64,000 nt of DNA, taken from assembly GCA_963555755.3 (NCBI GenBank), contig OY820905.2, forward strand, positions 4,032,001 to 4,096,000, in the 5' to 3' direction. How positions within the stretch are numbered: the stretch's first letter is position 1; each line of letters opens with the position of its first letter. The position numbers and the translations under genes are program-made. This DNA is from Nitrospirales bacterium (lineage in GTDB: Bacteria > Nitrospirota > Nitrospiria > Nitrospirales > UBA8639). The notes under the pieces are model-generated. The model was not told the origin of the DNA, searched no databases, and saw only the letters and a program-made list of their open reading frames with translations. Of this stretch, positions 22,493-32,527 are shown piece by piece.

Positions 22493-22649
22493 GGGTTCGC
22501 ACAAGAATAACTTCCCATGTTTGGGCGTTGATCCATCCCGTCTGGCGGCGTTGCTCGTCCTTTCCATACGAGGAGTATGCGCAGTCCTCCCGCCTTGCCA
22601 GACAGGTGTCTCAGCACCCAAACATGGGAAGTTATTCTTGCGCGAACCC
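22493..22649. mobile_element. MITE family C (157 bp)
   Basis: GGGTTCGC(A/G)CAAGAATA IRs, TAA duplication; copies at 31836-31992 and 40735-40891. Confidence 0.88.
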
Positions 22650-22833
22650 TAAGTAACGGACCGCGGATAGTCTGAAAAAGGCATACAGTCAATATGAGAA
22701 AAACCTCCTAGAGAAATGATCTTACGACCCTCCCAGGGAGGTGTCAAGAAATCATATGGGTGCGTGACTCAGGACGACACTGTAGAAGCGCGTTCCTTGC
22801 AACCCGCACAATGGCTACTTAGAATGGCGAATA

Positions 22834-23745
22834 ATGAAAGTCTTTGAAGACGGCAAACGGGTCCACCTCGTCGATAAAAAAGGGCGGCACTATGCCCTGA
22901 CCTTAAAGGCCGGGGAGACCTTTCAGCATAGCGGTGACACGATTGCTCATGATGAGATAATCGGAAAATCAGATGGGTCGCTCATTGTCTTGTCTCGCGG
23001 GAAGAAGATGCTCGCGTTATCGCCTACCCTCGCGGAATACACTCTGAAGATGCCCAGAGGTGCCCAAGTCCTCTATCCAAAAGATCTGGCCCTGATCACG
23101 ATGTGGGCCGATATCTATCCTGGTGCGAGAGTGTTCGAAGCTGGGGTGGGGTCGGGTGCCTTAACGATTGCGTTGTTACAGGCTGTGGGAGAACCCGGTT
23201 CAGTGGTGAGTTATGAGCGCCGAGACGACTTTGCGAGAACCGCGATGCGAAACATTGAACGATTTCTTGGCCCAGTGTCGAATTTCCAGCTCCTCCAACG
23301 CGATGCTCATGAAGGGATTGATTGTGAGTCAGACGAGGGTGAGAAGCTCTTTGACCGAGTCGTTCTTGATCTTCCGGAACCGTGGCATGTGGTGCCTCAT
23401 GCGGCGAAGGCCCTCCGGCTAGGTGGCATTTACCTCAGTTTTGTGCCCACGGTGCCCCAAATCACCCAAACAGTCGATGCGCTGAATCACACCCGAGCCT
23501 TTGGGTTGATCGAGACATTTGAGTCGTTCACGCGCAACTGGAATATTCAAGGTCGCAGTGTGCGGCCGGACCTTCGCATGATTGCGCATTCAGGATTTAT
23601 AACGGTCGCTCGACGCGTGGAACAGGTCATGGATGCCCCGTCCGAACCGAGCGAAAACATTTCCCCACAAACCGAGGAGGATGGCGAGACCACACCTGAC
23701 TGGGATGGCGGGCAGGCGAAACGCAGAGGAGTGAAAATTTCATGA
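22834..23745 (+). CDS. trmI: tRNA (adenine-N1)-methyltransferase
   Basis: MPRGAQVLYPKD, EAGVGSGALT, LDLPEPW, HSGF. Confidence 0.93.
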   Translation: MKVFEDGKRVHLVDKKGRHYALTLKAGETFQHSGDTIAHDEIIGKSDGSLIVLSRGKKMLALSPTLAEYTLKMPRGAQVLYPKDLALITMWADIYPGARVFEAGVGSGALTIALLQAVGEPGSVVSYERRDDFARTAMRNIERFLGPVSNFQLLQRDAHEGIDCESDEGEKLFDRVVLDLPEPWHVVPHAAKALRLGGIYLSFVPTVPQITQTVDALNHTRAFGLIETFESFTRNWNIQGRSVRPDLRMIAHSGFITVARRVEQVMDAPSEPSENISPQTEEDGETTPDWDGGQAKRRGVKIS

Positions 23746-23776
23746 TGTGTCTGCGGTTGTGACGCCTTCGAGGTGT

Positions 23777-24163
23777 ATGAAAACCATTCTTATCGCCGAT
23801 GATGAAGAAGACATTCGTGCCCTTCTTCTCATGACGTTGGAAGATCCGGCCTATCGGCTGATCGAAGCTTCTGACGGTGAATCCGCGCTCAACCTCATCA
23901 AAACCGACCCCCCCGATGCGGTGATTCTCGACTGGATGATGCCCAAGAAAAATGGCATCGATGTCGCCCGCGCCATGCAAGACCATCCTCGGCTCAAACA
24001 CATTCCGATCATCATGCTGACGGCTAAAGATCAGCCGTGTGATCAAGAACGTGGTCAAGAAGTCGGGGTCTATGCGTACTTTGTGAAGCCCTTTAGTCCT
24101 CTTCGATTGTTGGAGGCCATTCATGAGGTGTTGGCGAAAATCCAGGTTACCTCACCAGGCTAA
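23777..24163 (+). CDS. Single-domain response regulator
   Basis: IADDE, LDWMMP, VKPFSP. Confidence 0.9.
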   Translation: MKTILIADDEEDIRALLLMTLEDPAYRLIEASDGESALNLIKTDPPDAVILDWMMPKKNGIDVARAMQDHPRLKHIPIIMLTAKDQPCDQERGQEVGVYAYFVKPFSPLRLLEAIHEVLAKIQVTSPG

Positions 24164-24169
24164 CCATCC

Positions 24170-25012
24170 ATGAAACTCTCTTCGACGTTCGTGCCAGATG
24201 ATGATTTGAACATACAACTCAGTGCGGCTAAGTCGCAGTTGGCCCTTTATGCCAAAGATCTGAACGAACTGCTGGTTCGCGAGCAGAAGAAATCGAGAAA
24301 ACTCGAGGCGACAAATAAACAGATGCAGGCGTATGCACAAGATTTACAAGCTGCGTATCACGCGGAACGCCGAAAGACCTCTGAACTCGAAAAAGCATAC
24401 GCCGATACGGTCGTCCGGCTCACGCTCGCGTCACGATATAAAGACGAAGAAACCGGAACGCATATTCAACGGTTGAGCCATTATTCCAAGTCACTGGGGT
24501 TGTGTGTTGGGCTCAGCGAAGACGAAGCCCAACTTATTTTTGATGCGGCGCCGATGCACGATGTGGGCAAGGTCAGCATCCCGGACATGATCATGCAGAA
24601 ACGTGGGCCTTTGAATGAGCAGGAATGGGAAATCGTTAAACGACACCCGGTATTCGGAGCCAATCTGTTAGCAGGATCGCCCTCGCAGTTGTTGGAGACC
24701 GCAAGGGAAATTGCGCTGACGCATCATGAACGCTGGGATGGGACGGGCTATCCCCAAGGTTTGAAGGGAAACGATATTCCCCTTGGCGGGCGCCTGGTCA
24801 TGTTGGTCGATACCTATGATGCCTTGCGCAGTCGACGGCCGTATAAGCCGGCGTTCACTCATACCAAGGTGTGCGACATCATGCTCCATGGCGATGACCG
24901 AACGCGGCCCACGCATTTCGATCCACAGTTGCTCGACGCGTTTCGAGAAATCCACGAACAATTTGATGTGATTTTTTCAGAGATCGCGGAGGAGGGAACG
25001 GCTGAAGGCTGA
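24170..25012 (+). CDS. HD-GYP phosphodiesterase with coiled-coil N-terminus
   Basis: MHDVGK, HHERWDGTGYP, RRPYK. Confidence 0.93.
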   Translation: MKLSSTFVPDDDLNIQLSAAKSQLALYAKDLNELLVREQKKSRKLEATNKQMQAYAQDLQAAYHAERRKTSELEKAYADTVVRLTLASRYKDEETGTHIQRLSHYSKSLGLCVGLSEDEAQLIFDAAPMHDVGKVSIPDMIMQKRGPLNEQEWEIVKRHPVFGANLLAGSPSQLLETAREIALTHHERWDGTGYPQGLKGNDIPLGGRLVMLVDTYDALRSRRPYKPAFTHTKVCDIMLHGDDRTRPTHFDPQLLDAFREIHEQFDVIFSEIAEEGTAEG

Positions 25013-25070
25013 AGGCTGAAGAGCTGAAGGCTACACTCATAATATGATCCCCCCTAACAGCCTTCAGCCT
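25000..25070. repeat. GGCTGAA heptamer repeats with a short inverted copy
   Basis: GGCTGAA x3, GAGCTGAAGGCT, then CAGCCTTCAGCCT. Confidence 0.6.
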
Positions 25071-25098
25071 ATCCACCTGAGTTACGGCTGCTGATGGA

Positions 25099-25533
25099 TT
25101 ACCGACGGACCGTTTGAACGGGATACCCAGCCTCGGCCCAGGCATTCATGCTGCCTGCCACATTATAGACGTGTGTATACCCAAGGCCGGCCAATGTTTC
25201 GGCGGCAATATTGCTTCGGTGTCCAGACTGACAGTACACCACAATGTGATCTTCGAATCGTGCGCCGATTTCCTGATGCCGCGCGCCGATTTCCCGAAAA
25301 TCAATGTTCCGGTCGGTGCCCGGAATAAATCCCATGCTATGCTCATCTGCTGTCCGAACATCAATCAGAGTGAAACCTTTTTGAGCGAGGTTGGGTGCTT
25401 TGTTTAATCCACCGTTCAGTTCATGGACGGTGAGCAAGTACGTATCGTTGGCCGCGGAAACAACGTTCCCGGTTGAGACAACAAAGGTGCTGCATATAAA
25501 GAATAGTGCCAGAGATGTTTTCCAATTAATCAT
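25099..25533 (-). CDS. Exported rhodanese-like protein
   Basis: IDVRTADE, YCQSGHRS; signal peptide. Confidence 0.88.
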   Translation of the reverse strand: MINWKTSLALFFICSTFVVSTGNVVSAANDTYLLTVHELNGGLNKAPNLAQKGFTLIDVRTADEHSMGFIPGTDRNIDFREIGARHQEIGARFEDHIVVYCQSGHRSNIAAETLAGLGYTHVYNVAGSMNAWAEAGYPVQTVRR

Positions 25534-25585
25534 GGGACCCTCCATTCGGTTCAACGGGTAGAATCCGTTCTTCTGAGAAACAGCG

Positions 25586-25942
25586 ATGTGGGAATCGAAG
25601 CGCTTGATACAATATCGTATGCCCTGTCTTTATCAATGGTCAAGAGTCTGGATCGTCTTTGGGGTGTTTCTGCTGGCGGGGTGCGGGGATGGCCTCAAAA
25701 TGGTTCGCGAAGGGGATCGTACGGGTGTGATGACGTATCTCTACAAAGGACCAGACGGTCATATGTTCACCCCACGGAGAGGAGAAGCATTTCAGGAAAT
25801 TCAAGAGTTTTGCCGAGGGCCTTTTGATGTGGTGCGTGAAGGCCAGACCAAAGGTCGCCAACGGGTGGTGGAAGGGGTAGTCGGGTCGGACATCATTGTG
25901 GAAAACTGGTGGGGCATTCGGTTCCAATGCGTGGATTCGTAG
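25586..25942 (+). CDS. Hypothetical lipoprotein
   Basis: LLAGC lipobox; start uncertain. Confidence 0.7.
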   Translation: MWESKRLIQYRMPCLYQWSRVWIVFGVFLLAGCGDGLKMVREGDRTGVMTYLYKGPDGHMFTPRRGEAFQEIQEFCRGPFDVVREGQTKGRQRVVEGVVGSDIIVENWWGIRFQCVDS

Positions 25943-25955
25943 CTTTAAGGGTAGG

Positions 25956-26534
25956 CTAGGATGCTGGGGCGGGTTTAGCCGCTTTTAAATCTTCCAATGT
26001 TAAGAGACTCATCAGCGAAACCCCTTCTGCTTCGACTTTGCTTTTCCCCTCCTGTTCCTGTCGATCCACGATGACCATCGCATGGGATGCATGAAGCTTC
26101 GCCTCCTCCACGGCACGAAGAGCTTGCAAAATTGACCCACCGCTAGTCAGAACATCATCGACAACTAACACCCGATCATTGGCGTTCACAGCACCTTCAA
26201 TTCGTTTCCCCAGCCCATGGTCTTTCGCCTGTTTTCGGACGAAAAATGTGCGGTAGGTTCTCGAAGGTTGAGTCGCGAAGGCATAATCGGATATAGCTGT
26301 GGCTAGGGGAATGGCGCCAATCTCCAAGCCGCCCACGGCTTCAAACGAGAGGTGGTGAATGGCGGCACAAGCCAGGTTGGCCACGAGCCACCGGGCATCG
26401 GGGTGAGCTAACAGTGCACGGCAGTCCACGTAATAGGGACTCTTTTTCCCCGAGGCAAGGAGAAATCCCTCATCGGGGTCCCATTTAAACGCTTCGTACT
26501 TCCAGAAAAACGCTGCCAGTTGTTCTTTGTACAT
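25956..26534 (-). CDS. pyrE: Orotate phosphoribosyltransferase
   Basis: LASGKKSPYYVDCR, RKQAKDHG, VVDDVLTSGGS. Confidence 0.93.
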   Translation of the reverse strand: MYKEQLAAFFWKYEAFKWDPDEGFLLASGKKSPYYVDCRALLAHPDARWLVANLACAAIHHLSFEAVGGLEIGAIPLATAISDYAFATQPSRTYRTFFVRKQAKDHGLGKRIEGAVNANDRVLVVDDVLTSGGSILQALRAVEEAKLHASHAMVIVDRQEQEGKSKVEAEGVSLMSLLTLEDLKAAKPAPAS

Positions 26535-26649
26535 GGAAAAGAGGTGCCGGTTGAATGAATAATATTCACCTTTTCTATCATTCAACGATCAACAAAGGCA
26601 AAGGTGAACCGCATAGTCTCGAAACACGCGGTGATGGAGAAACTCAAAG

Positions 26650-27501
26650 ATGTTTAGAATTAGAAAACGCCCCATAAAGCCTGAGAAAGACCCGGAGCTG
26701 TACAACGTGTTGGAGAATTACACGGATTTCGATCCTCCAGGAAATGTCATGGTGTGTGCCATGACCTGCGACGAAGACATCGAGCATCATGCGAAAATCC
26801 TGGGAGGAAGTTATGGGATTCCCGTTGAAGACATCCAGGCCTTGCTGGAGACAGGTGGGCTGTATACGTATCCGCAGTCAGGAGGTGTGGTCACCCGAGG
26901 GTTGTTTGTGTGCAAGGTCGATCCGACAGGTGAGGCGCCTAAACAAACCTGGGTATTGGATTTGCAACAAACAGCAGAAACCGAGCAATTGGCGCGGTTT
27001 TCAGACATTACCCTGATTGAAGCTGCCGAGCGTGTGTTTTATCGTGGTTTGCCCAAAGAATTGCAAACCCGACTCACACAAAAAAATCTGGGGCTGGATT
27101 ATTCCAAGCTCGATCGGTCTGTGGCCAAAGGTGGGGACATCACCTATATCGATTTTCGAAAAGATTGGTCCCCGTATTTCAAACGCAAATGCACCATGCC
27201 CAATGGATCAATGGTGGAGACTGGAGGCATTCAGGAATTCGCGACGTTGCATGGAATTACGGTTTCGCAAGCCGAAGAGCTGATGGATCAGGGCGGGACA
27301 CTCGAAATTGAAGATGGTGTGCTCGCATGTCAGGTGATCAACAACCAACCCACCGTCGCGCGATTCAATAGCAAACAATACGCCAAAGCCAAAGAGTTAA
27401 TGGAATCCAAAGACCTGCATATCATGGATGCGTTGAGCGAAATGGCGCTCAATGATCCTATTTTGATGCGTGCGCTTCGACGTATCGAGCGAGAGAATTA
27501 A
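26650..27501 (+). CDS. Hypothetical protein with internal duplication
   Basis: 283 aa; two similar GI.V.....L...GG...G...C.V segments. Confidence 0.75.
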   Translation: MFRIRKRPIKPEKDPELYNVLENYTDFDPPGNVMVCAMTCDEDIEHHAKILGGSYGIPVEDIQALLETGGLYTYPQSGGVVTRGLFVCKVDPTGEAPKQTWVLDLQQTAETEQLARFSDITLIEAAERVFYRGLPKELQTRLTQKNLGLDYSKLDRSVAKGGDITYIDFRKDWSPYFKRKCTMPNGSMVETGGIQEFATLHGITVSQAEELMDQGGTLEIEDGVLACQVINNQPTVARFNSKQYAKAKELMESKDLHIMDALSEMALNDPILMRALRRIEREN

Positions 27502-27536
27502 GACAGTCCTTGGTTTGCCTCACCGATGAACTGAGC

Positions 27537-27986
27537 TTATTCCCACCCAATAGGTTTATACCCTCGATCTTTCAAGCAGGTGTTCACAAATTTTTTGTAG
27601 ACCTCGCTGGGACCTGATTTTCGAAGTACAGATCGCAGAAGTCCGCCTGTGGCTCCGACCGCCGCGCCAATGGCAGCTCCTTTTCCGGCTGATCCCTGTA
27701 TCGCTCCAATCACGGCTCCGGAAGCCGCACCAACACCGGCACCAACGGCTGTCCCCTGTGCCACTTCCATACCTTTGTTGCTTGAAGACGTATGCGCATC
27801 GGCTAAATCTTTGCACTCGGCAATGTCTAACTCTGCCTGCTCATGCCCAACGGTCTCAAAATGATCGTTTGGGTACAGCACTGGTTTTGGTCCCGCACAA
27901 CCCAATAGGAGCAATGACGTCAGTCCACCAATGATTATCATTGTGAACGGGTGAGTTATCAAATAGGTCGAATCTTCCATTTTCAT
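27537..27986 (-). CDS. Glycine-zipper lipoprotein
   Basis: LLGC lipobox; GAGVGAASGAVIG...GAAIGAAVG; CLKDRGY. Confidence 0.85.
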   Translation of the reverse strand: MKMEDSTYLITHPFTMIIIGGLTSLLLLGCAGPKPVLYPNDHFETVGHEQAELDIAECKDLADAHTSSSNKGMEVAQGTAVGAGVGAASGAVIGAIQGSAGKGAAIGAAVGATGGLLRSVLRKSGPSEVYKKFVNTCLKDRGYKPIGWE

Positions 27987-28110
27987 ATCGTAGTTATCTT
28001 AACACGACCGTCCCTCAGGTCCAGATGGAGTAAGATTGCTGGGTATTTAGTTGGAATTGTTTCGGAGATAAAGCGTGTAAAAGAAGGTGAGGTTTGATAT
28101 TCATTTTGGT

Positions 28111-29267
28111 CTAACTTGATTGGTCAGTCTCTCCCCGGAACAACTGCACGTAAGCGGCGAAAATAAAAAGCCGATTTCGTTTTTGTCCAGTCATCTCACG
28201 CAGAACATCAAGTTTTATGAAATCTGTGATAAGGGCTGCCGCGGTGTTGGTCTGCACTTTGAGGCGTTCGGCCACTAATTTGATGGTTACCACTGGGTAT
28301 TCATACAACAGTCGCATAAGGGTCTGAGCGTTGTGTATACGTCGGGCATGGAAGGTGGGCATGACTTCGCGTTCTAGACCTTCTTTGAGGGTGAGAATGT
28401 TCTTAAAGACCTGACTGGATTGAGCTGCTGTTTCGGAAATGCCCAGAAGAAAAAATCGCAACCAGGGTTCCAGTTTGTTGGTGGTTCGCACAGCCATGAG
28501 TTGATCATAGTATTCGGCTTTATGGCGCTCGAAAAAATCAGAGAGTAGAGCGCAGGCTTGTGCAACAGGCCGAAGCTGACCAAATATAAGACAATGAGTA
28601 GGCGCCCCAGACGTCCATTTCCGTCCAGAAACGGATGGATGGTCTCAAATTGATAGTGGATGATGGCAATCTTGATCAGGTGCGGCACATGGATGGCTTC
28701 ATTGTGCATGAACTGTTCAAGGTCACTCATCAAATCTGGCACGTGATCGTGGTGAGGCGGAATAAAGGTCGCGTGTTTGAGGTTGATGCCAATCCAGTTT
28801 TGGCTCGTCCGAAAATCTCCAGGAAATTTGTGTTTTCCCCGCACGCCTTGTAAGAGCACAGCGTGGGTTTCCTTTATCAAGCGATTTGACAAGGGTAGTG
28901 TGGGCAGTTGTTGAATAGCATAATTGGTGGCTTTGATATAATTCTGCACCTCTTGCCAATCCAGACGTTTTTCCGGATCGACATCGCTTTCATTGACTAA
29001 GGCCTCATCGAAGTTGGTCTGAGTCCCCTCGATTCGACTGGAGGTGGTTGCTTCTTTGGTGATATGCATCCGGATAAAAAAGTCTACATCCGGGATGAGT
29101 TGGGAATAGGCATTCAGTTCACCAAGGAGCAGAGTGGCTTCTTCTAGCAAGGTGAGAGTTTGTGGGTCTACTTGCCATTCTTTATTGATTGCCGTGGGGA
29201 GGAAGGTTTTGTATTCGTACTCCTGCTCGTAAGATCCTGCGTGGAAGGTATTGATATTTATAGGCAT
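28111..29267 (-). pseudogene. fic: Fic-family protein, frameshifted near 28545
   Basis: [23 protein letters not shown](L)SDFFERHK restored by adding one C; C-terminal wHTH in the other frame. Confidence 0.85.
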
Positions 29268-29629
29268 TTTTTCAGCATGGCTACAATTTGATATTGCCAA
29301 GTCATTTATGTCAATTTGTGACCATTAACTGACATAAGCGAAATTATATGTCAACTCATTTGTTGGTGCATAAACACAGATTCAGGGATGTGGGGTCAAA
29401 TGCGAGGTGGGTTCAGGCCTAGATATGGGGTCATTGTCGATTCGTTCTGTTGTCAGGGATATCCTCCATGCAGTGGCGGACTGATTGCAGGTGATAATCT
29501 CCTCTTTAACGAGGCGGAAATTGGGGTGCCGGTCATTAAAAAAAGGGTCAATCTTATTTATTAATTGATTGGGAAGTGGCCTATATTTTTTTAACGTAGA
29601 AATTGCAGTTAGGCGCGATGTAGTTCAAG

Positions 29630-30460
29630 TTATTTTTTCGCGAGCCCTAAGGGCGGGCGGATTTTTCGGATGATTTCTTTCATAAGAATTTTTTTCGGCA
29701 CCCAATTTGTGAGGAGGGACCAAAGCGTACCTTGCCATCCAATGGTGACGACCGTTTGATTTTTCTGTAAGGCCGCAAGGGATACCTGAACGACTTGTGA
29801 AGCCGTCTGCATGGAGATGGGGCTCGATGGCTGAAACCCCGCGGAAGCATGAAAGTCTGTTTCCGTCTGGCCTGGGCAACAGGCTTGTATGTGGACTCCT
29901 GTTGACTGTACTTCTTCGGCAAGTGCTTCGGAAAAGGAATTGAGAAACGCCTTGGTGGCCGCATACTCTGCCAGGTATGGCATGGGGAGCATCCCTGCAA
30001 TCGAGGACACGTTAATGATAGCCCCTGATCCACGTTCTATCATGCCAGGGAGAAACAGCCGAGTGCTTTCCACGACCGTTTGGATATGCAAATGGAGCAT
30101 CTCCTGAATGCGTGGCAAAGAATGCGAGACAAACTCACCGTATAACCCAAAGCCGGCGTTGTTGATTAAGAGGTCCGGCGTCGGTCGATAATTTCTGGCG
30201 ACCACGAACAATTGATGGGCGGATTGGGGTTGGGCCAAATCAAGGACACACACATGTGCGTGAATGGACTGGTTCGTCTCCAGTTCGTGCGAGAGTTGCG
30301 TCAGGCGTTCTTCATCTCGTGCCACCAGAAGAAGATCATAGCCTTGGCTGGCCAGCACACGGGCATACTCGGCGCCAATGCCTCGTGAGGCCCCAGTGAT
30401 AATGGCAAAGGGGGGATCCGATGTCGTCAAATCGAGGACTCTCTCTCCAGCCATCATCAT
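29630..30460 (-). CDS. Short-chain dehydrogenase/reductase
   Basis: TGASRGIG, NNAG, YAATK. Confidence 0.93.
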   Translation of the reverse strand: MMMAGERVLDLTTSDPPFAIITGASRGIGAEYARVLASQGYDLLLVARDEERLTQLSHELETNQSIHAHVCVLDLAQPQSAHQLFVVARNYRPTPDLLINNAGFGLYGEFVSHSLPRIQEMLHLHIQTVVESTRLFLPGMIERGSGAIINVSSIAGMLPMPYLAEYAATKAFLNSFSEALAEEVQSTGVHIQACCPGQTETDFHASAGFQPSSPISMQTASQVVQVSLAALQKNQTVVTIGWQGTLWSLLTNWVPKKILMKEIIRKIRPPLGLAKK

Positions 30461-30590
30461 CGTGATTTAAATCGTTCACGCCAAAGATCAAAAAAAGAAA
30501 TCGGACTAATTTCTACCAACCTCTCGGTTATCCTAGCGTGTCTTTAGGAAACGTCAAGGTAGCCGAAAAAGAAGGCGAAGGCATGGTTAA

Positions 30591-30750
30591 GAGCCTGTCC
30601 GAGATTAGACGAATCTACTGAGGATGCGCTGGTTTGAGTCAGATGTTTCGATCCTTTTCGTTGAATAGTCCCACTATTCGCCTCAAACAATCGAAACATC
30701 TGACTCAAACCAGCACTCCCTCGTGACGATCGCTAATCTCGGACAGGCTC
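30591..30750. mobile_element. MITE family D (160 bp)
   Basis: Perfect 18-bp IR GAGCCTGTCCGAGATTAG. Confidence 0.85.
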
Positions 30751-30788
30751 CTAGCGGGTATCTTCTCCAATTACTATAAAGGTTTCGG

Positions 30789-31592
30789 ATGATAATTGAA
30801 CAGGAAACACGGCGTGATCTCGAATACACGTTGGCAAAGATCGAGAGAGAGTCGGATCTGCTCGTGAAAACGGTGACGGATGCCGCCACCGCCGTGAAAA
30901 AAATTCGCAGCGCAGCCAGTGTGGGAGACTTTCAAAAGCTTCGAGCTGCGCTGGAGGAAGCAAACCAAGCCGCCTCCCGGCTTCAGCAGGGCTTGGAAGC
31001 GACGACCCATAGTTGGGAGTTTGATGAGGTGGCCTATCTGTCGGGGGTTGATTTTCAACAGGACATGTTGGTTATGGCCGAACAGATGGGGGTTGATCTT
31101 ATTGAGCACGAGGGGGTGTTGTTTGCCTACCCCGCGCTAGTTCGGATTCTTCCTAAAGACATGGCGGTCACCATCGATCGCGTTCGTGAAACACGGCTGC
31201 GACCTTCCCACTTGATCAAACGGTTAAAAGATTTACAAACGAGACCGTATCGATTCAAATCCCATGAATTTGTGGCGATCTTGTATGCGGCCTATTCCAT
31301 TGCGGTTGGGATTCGAGGCAAGCATCTTCTTGGAACCGGCATTGTGATTCCGTTAATGGAGATTTATGATTTATTAACGATGTTGCCGCGACAATCATTT
31401 GAGTATACGCGGCAAGAATTTGCACGAGATCTCTACTTCCTCGATAAAAGTGGTGTGACGAAAACGAAAAAGGGACACCAACTTCACTTCCATGCCAGTA
31501 CTGGAATCAAAGACGCAACCAAGACCTTGAGTGTGATTACACAGGGTGGACGGTTGCGGACGTATTACGGCACATCCTTTACTCCTGCGTAG
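30789..31592 (+). CDS. Hypothetical protein (coiled-coil N-terminus), candidate partner of DUF2791-like ATPases
   Basis: 267 aa; RLRPS and YTRQEFARDLYFLD motifs; upstream of the ATPase remnant. Confidence 0.7.
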   Translation: MIIEQETRRDLEYTLAKIERESDLLVKTVTDAATAVKKIRSAASVGDFQKLRAALEEANQAASRLQQGLEATTHSWEFDEVAYLSGVDFQQDMLVMAEQMGVDLIEHEGVLFAYPALVRILPKDMAVTIDRVRETRLRPSHLIKRLKDLQTRPYRFKSHEFVAILYAAYSIAVGIRGKHLLGTGIVIPLMEIYDLLTMLPRQSFEYTRQEFARDLYFLDKSGVTKTKKGHQLHFHASTGIKDATKTLSVITQGGRLRTYYGTSFTPA

Positions 31593-31787
31593 GAAAACGT
31601 TAGACGGTAGGCGGGAGTCGGGAGGTAGTCTATCTCTTTTCCCCTCTTTCGCCTCACGCCTTTCGTCTCACAAGGGTCACAAGGGGCATGAGGTGCTGTT
31701 GATCGAAGTTTGACTCCTTCAATCGATCCTCTTCTGGCCCGTGCAAGAATTTTGGAACCCTTCCGATAGCTTTAGGGGTAGGAGGCG

Positions 31788-32043
31788 AAAGGGCAAACTG
31801 CCTGAGAGGGCAGGACGCAACGCCAAGAGACCCGAGGGTTCGCGCAAGAATACCTTCCCATTTTGGGGTGCTGAGACACCCGTCTGGCAAGGTGCGAGGA
31901 CTGCGCATACTCGTGGTATGTACGGGACGAGCAACGCCGCCAGGCGGGATGGATCGACGCCCAAAGAAGGGAAGTTATTCTTGCGCGAGCCCTCAGTAGA
32001 AGGGGGACGAGCATTCTCCTTTCAGGGTTGGACTGGTTGCACC
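31788..32043 (+). ncRNA. c-di-GMP-I (GEMM)-like riboswitch interrupted by a MITE
   Basis: GGGCAAAC-TGCCT-GAGA-GGGCA-GGACGCAACGCC; second stem GCCA..ACCC / GGGT..TGGT completed after the MITE. Confidence 0.6.
31836..31992. mobile_element. MITE family C
   Basis: GGGTTCGCGCAAGAATA...TATTCTTGCGCGAGCCC. Confidence 0.88.
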
Positions 32044-32193
32044 GTTCCATTGTGTATACCCTGTCCTTGAATGCCCGCTGGCGGGCTCTTCTACCTTTTC
32101 TCCTCCACACAACATTGATTTGAAAGGAAATATACTGATGGTTGCGTTGGTCTATATCGTGTGGTCGTACTTCAAGGGAAAGAGAGGATCGTC

Positions 32194-32509
32194 ATGAACA
32201 TGTTATCCCAGGATTGGTTGGCGGTGATCCAGAAAGAATATGTCCAGAATTACCTGCGACAGGGGGGAACCGCCAACCATTCCTTCTGGGGAACGGTTGT
32301 CCAGTAGGCGCATGCGTGAATATGTGAAAGGGTGGATCACGGAGTGGGATCTGAAGCGACTGGCTCCGGAAGAAGCCGTGGATCTCGAAGTGATACCATT
32401 GCGGCCCAGTTATACAGAAGACACGGAATTGGAAACTCCTACCGAAGGGGATCAGGTTGGTGTTGGTACTGAGGCCTATGCGGCGACGCCAGAGTATGTC
32501 ACGGCGTGA
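32194..32509 (+). pseudogene. Internally deleted paralogue of the DUF2791-like ATPase at 41987-44695
   Basis: N-terminal WLAVIQKEYVQNYLRQGG joined out of frame to C-terminal RMREYVKGWITEWDLKRL. Confidence 0.85.
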
Positions 32510-32527
32510 GTAGTTGTTGAGGATATT

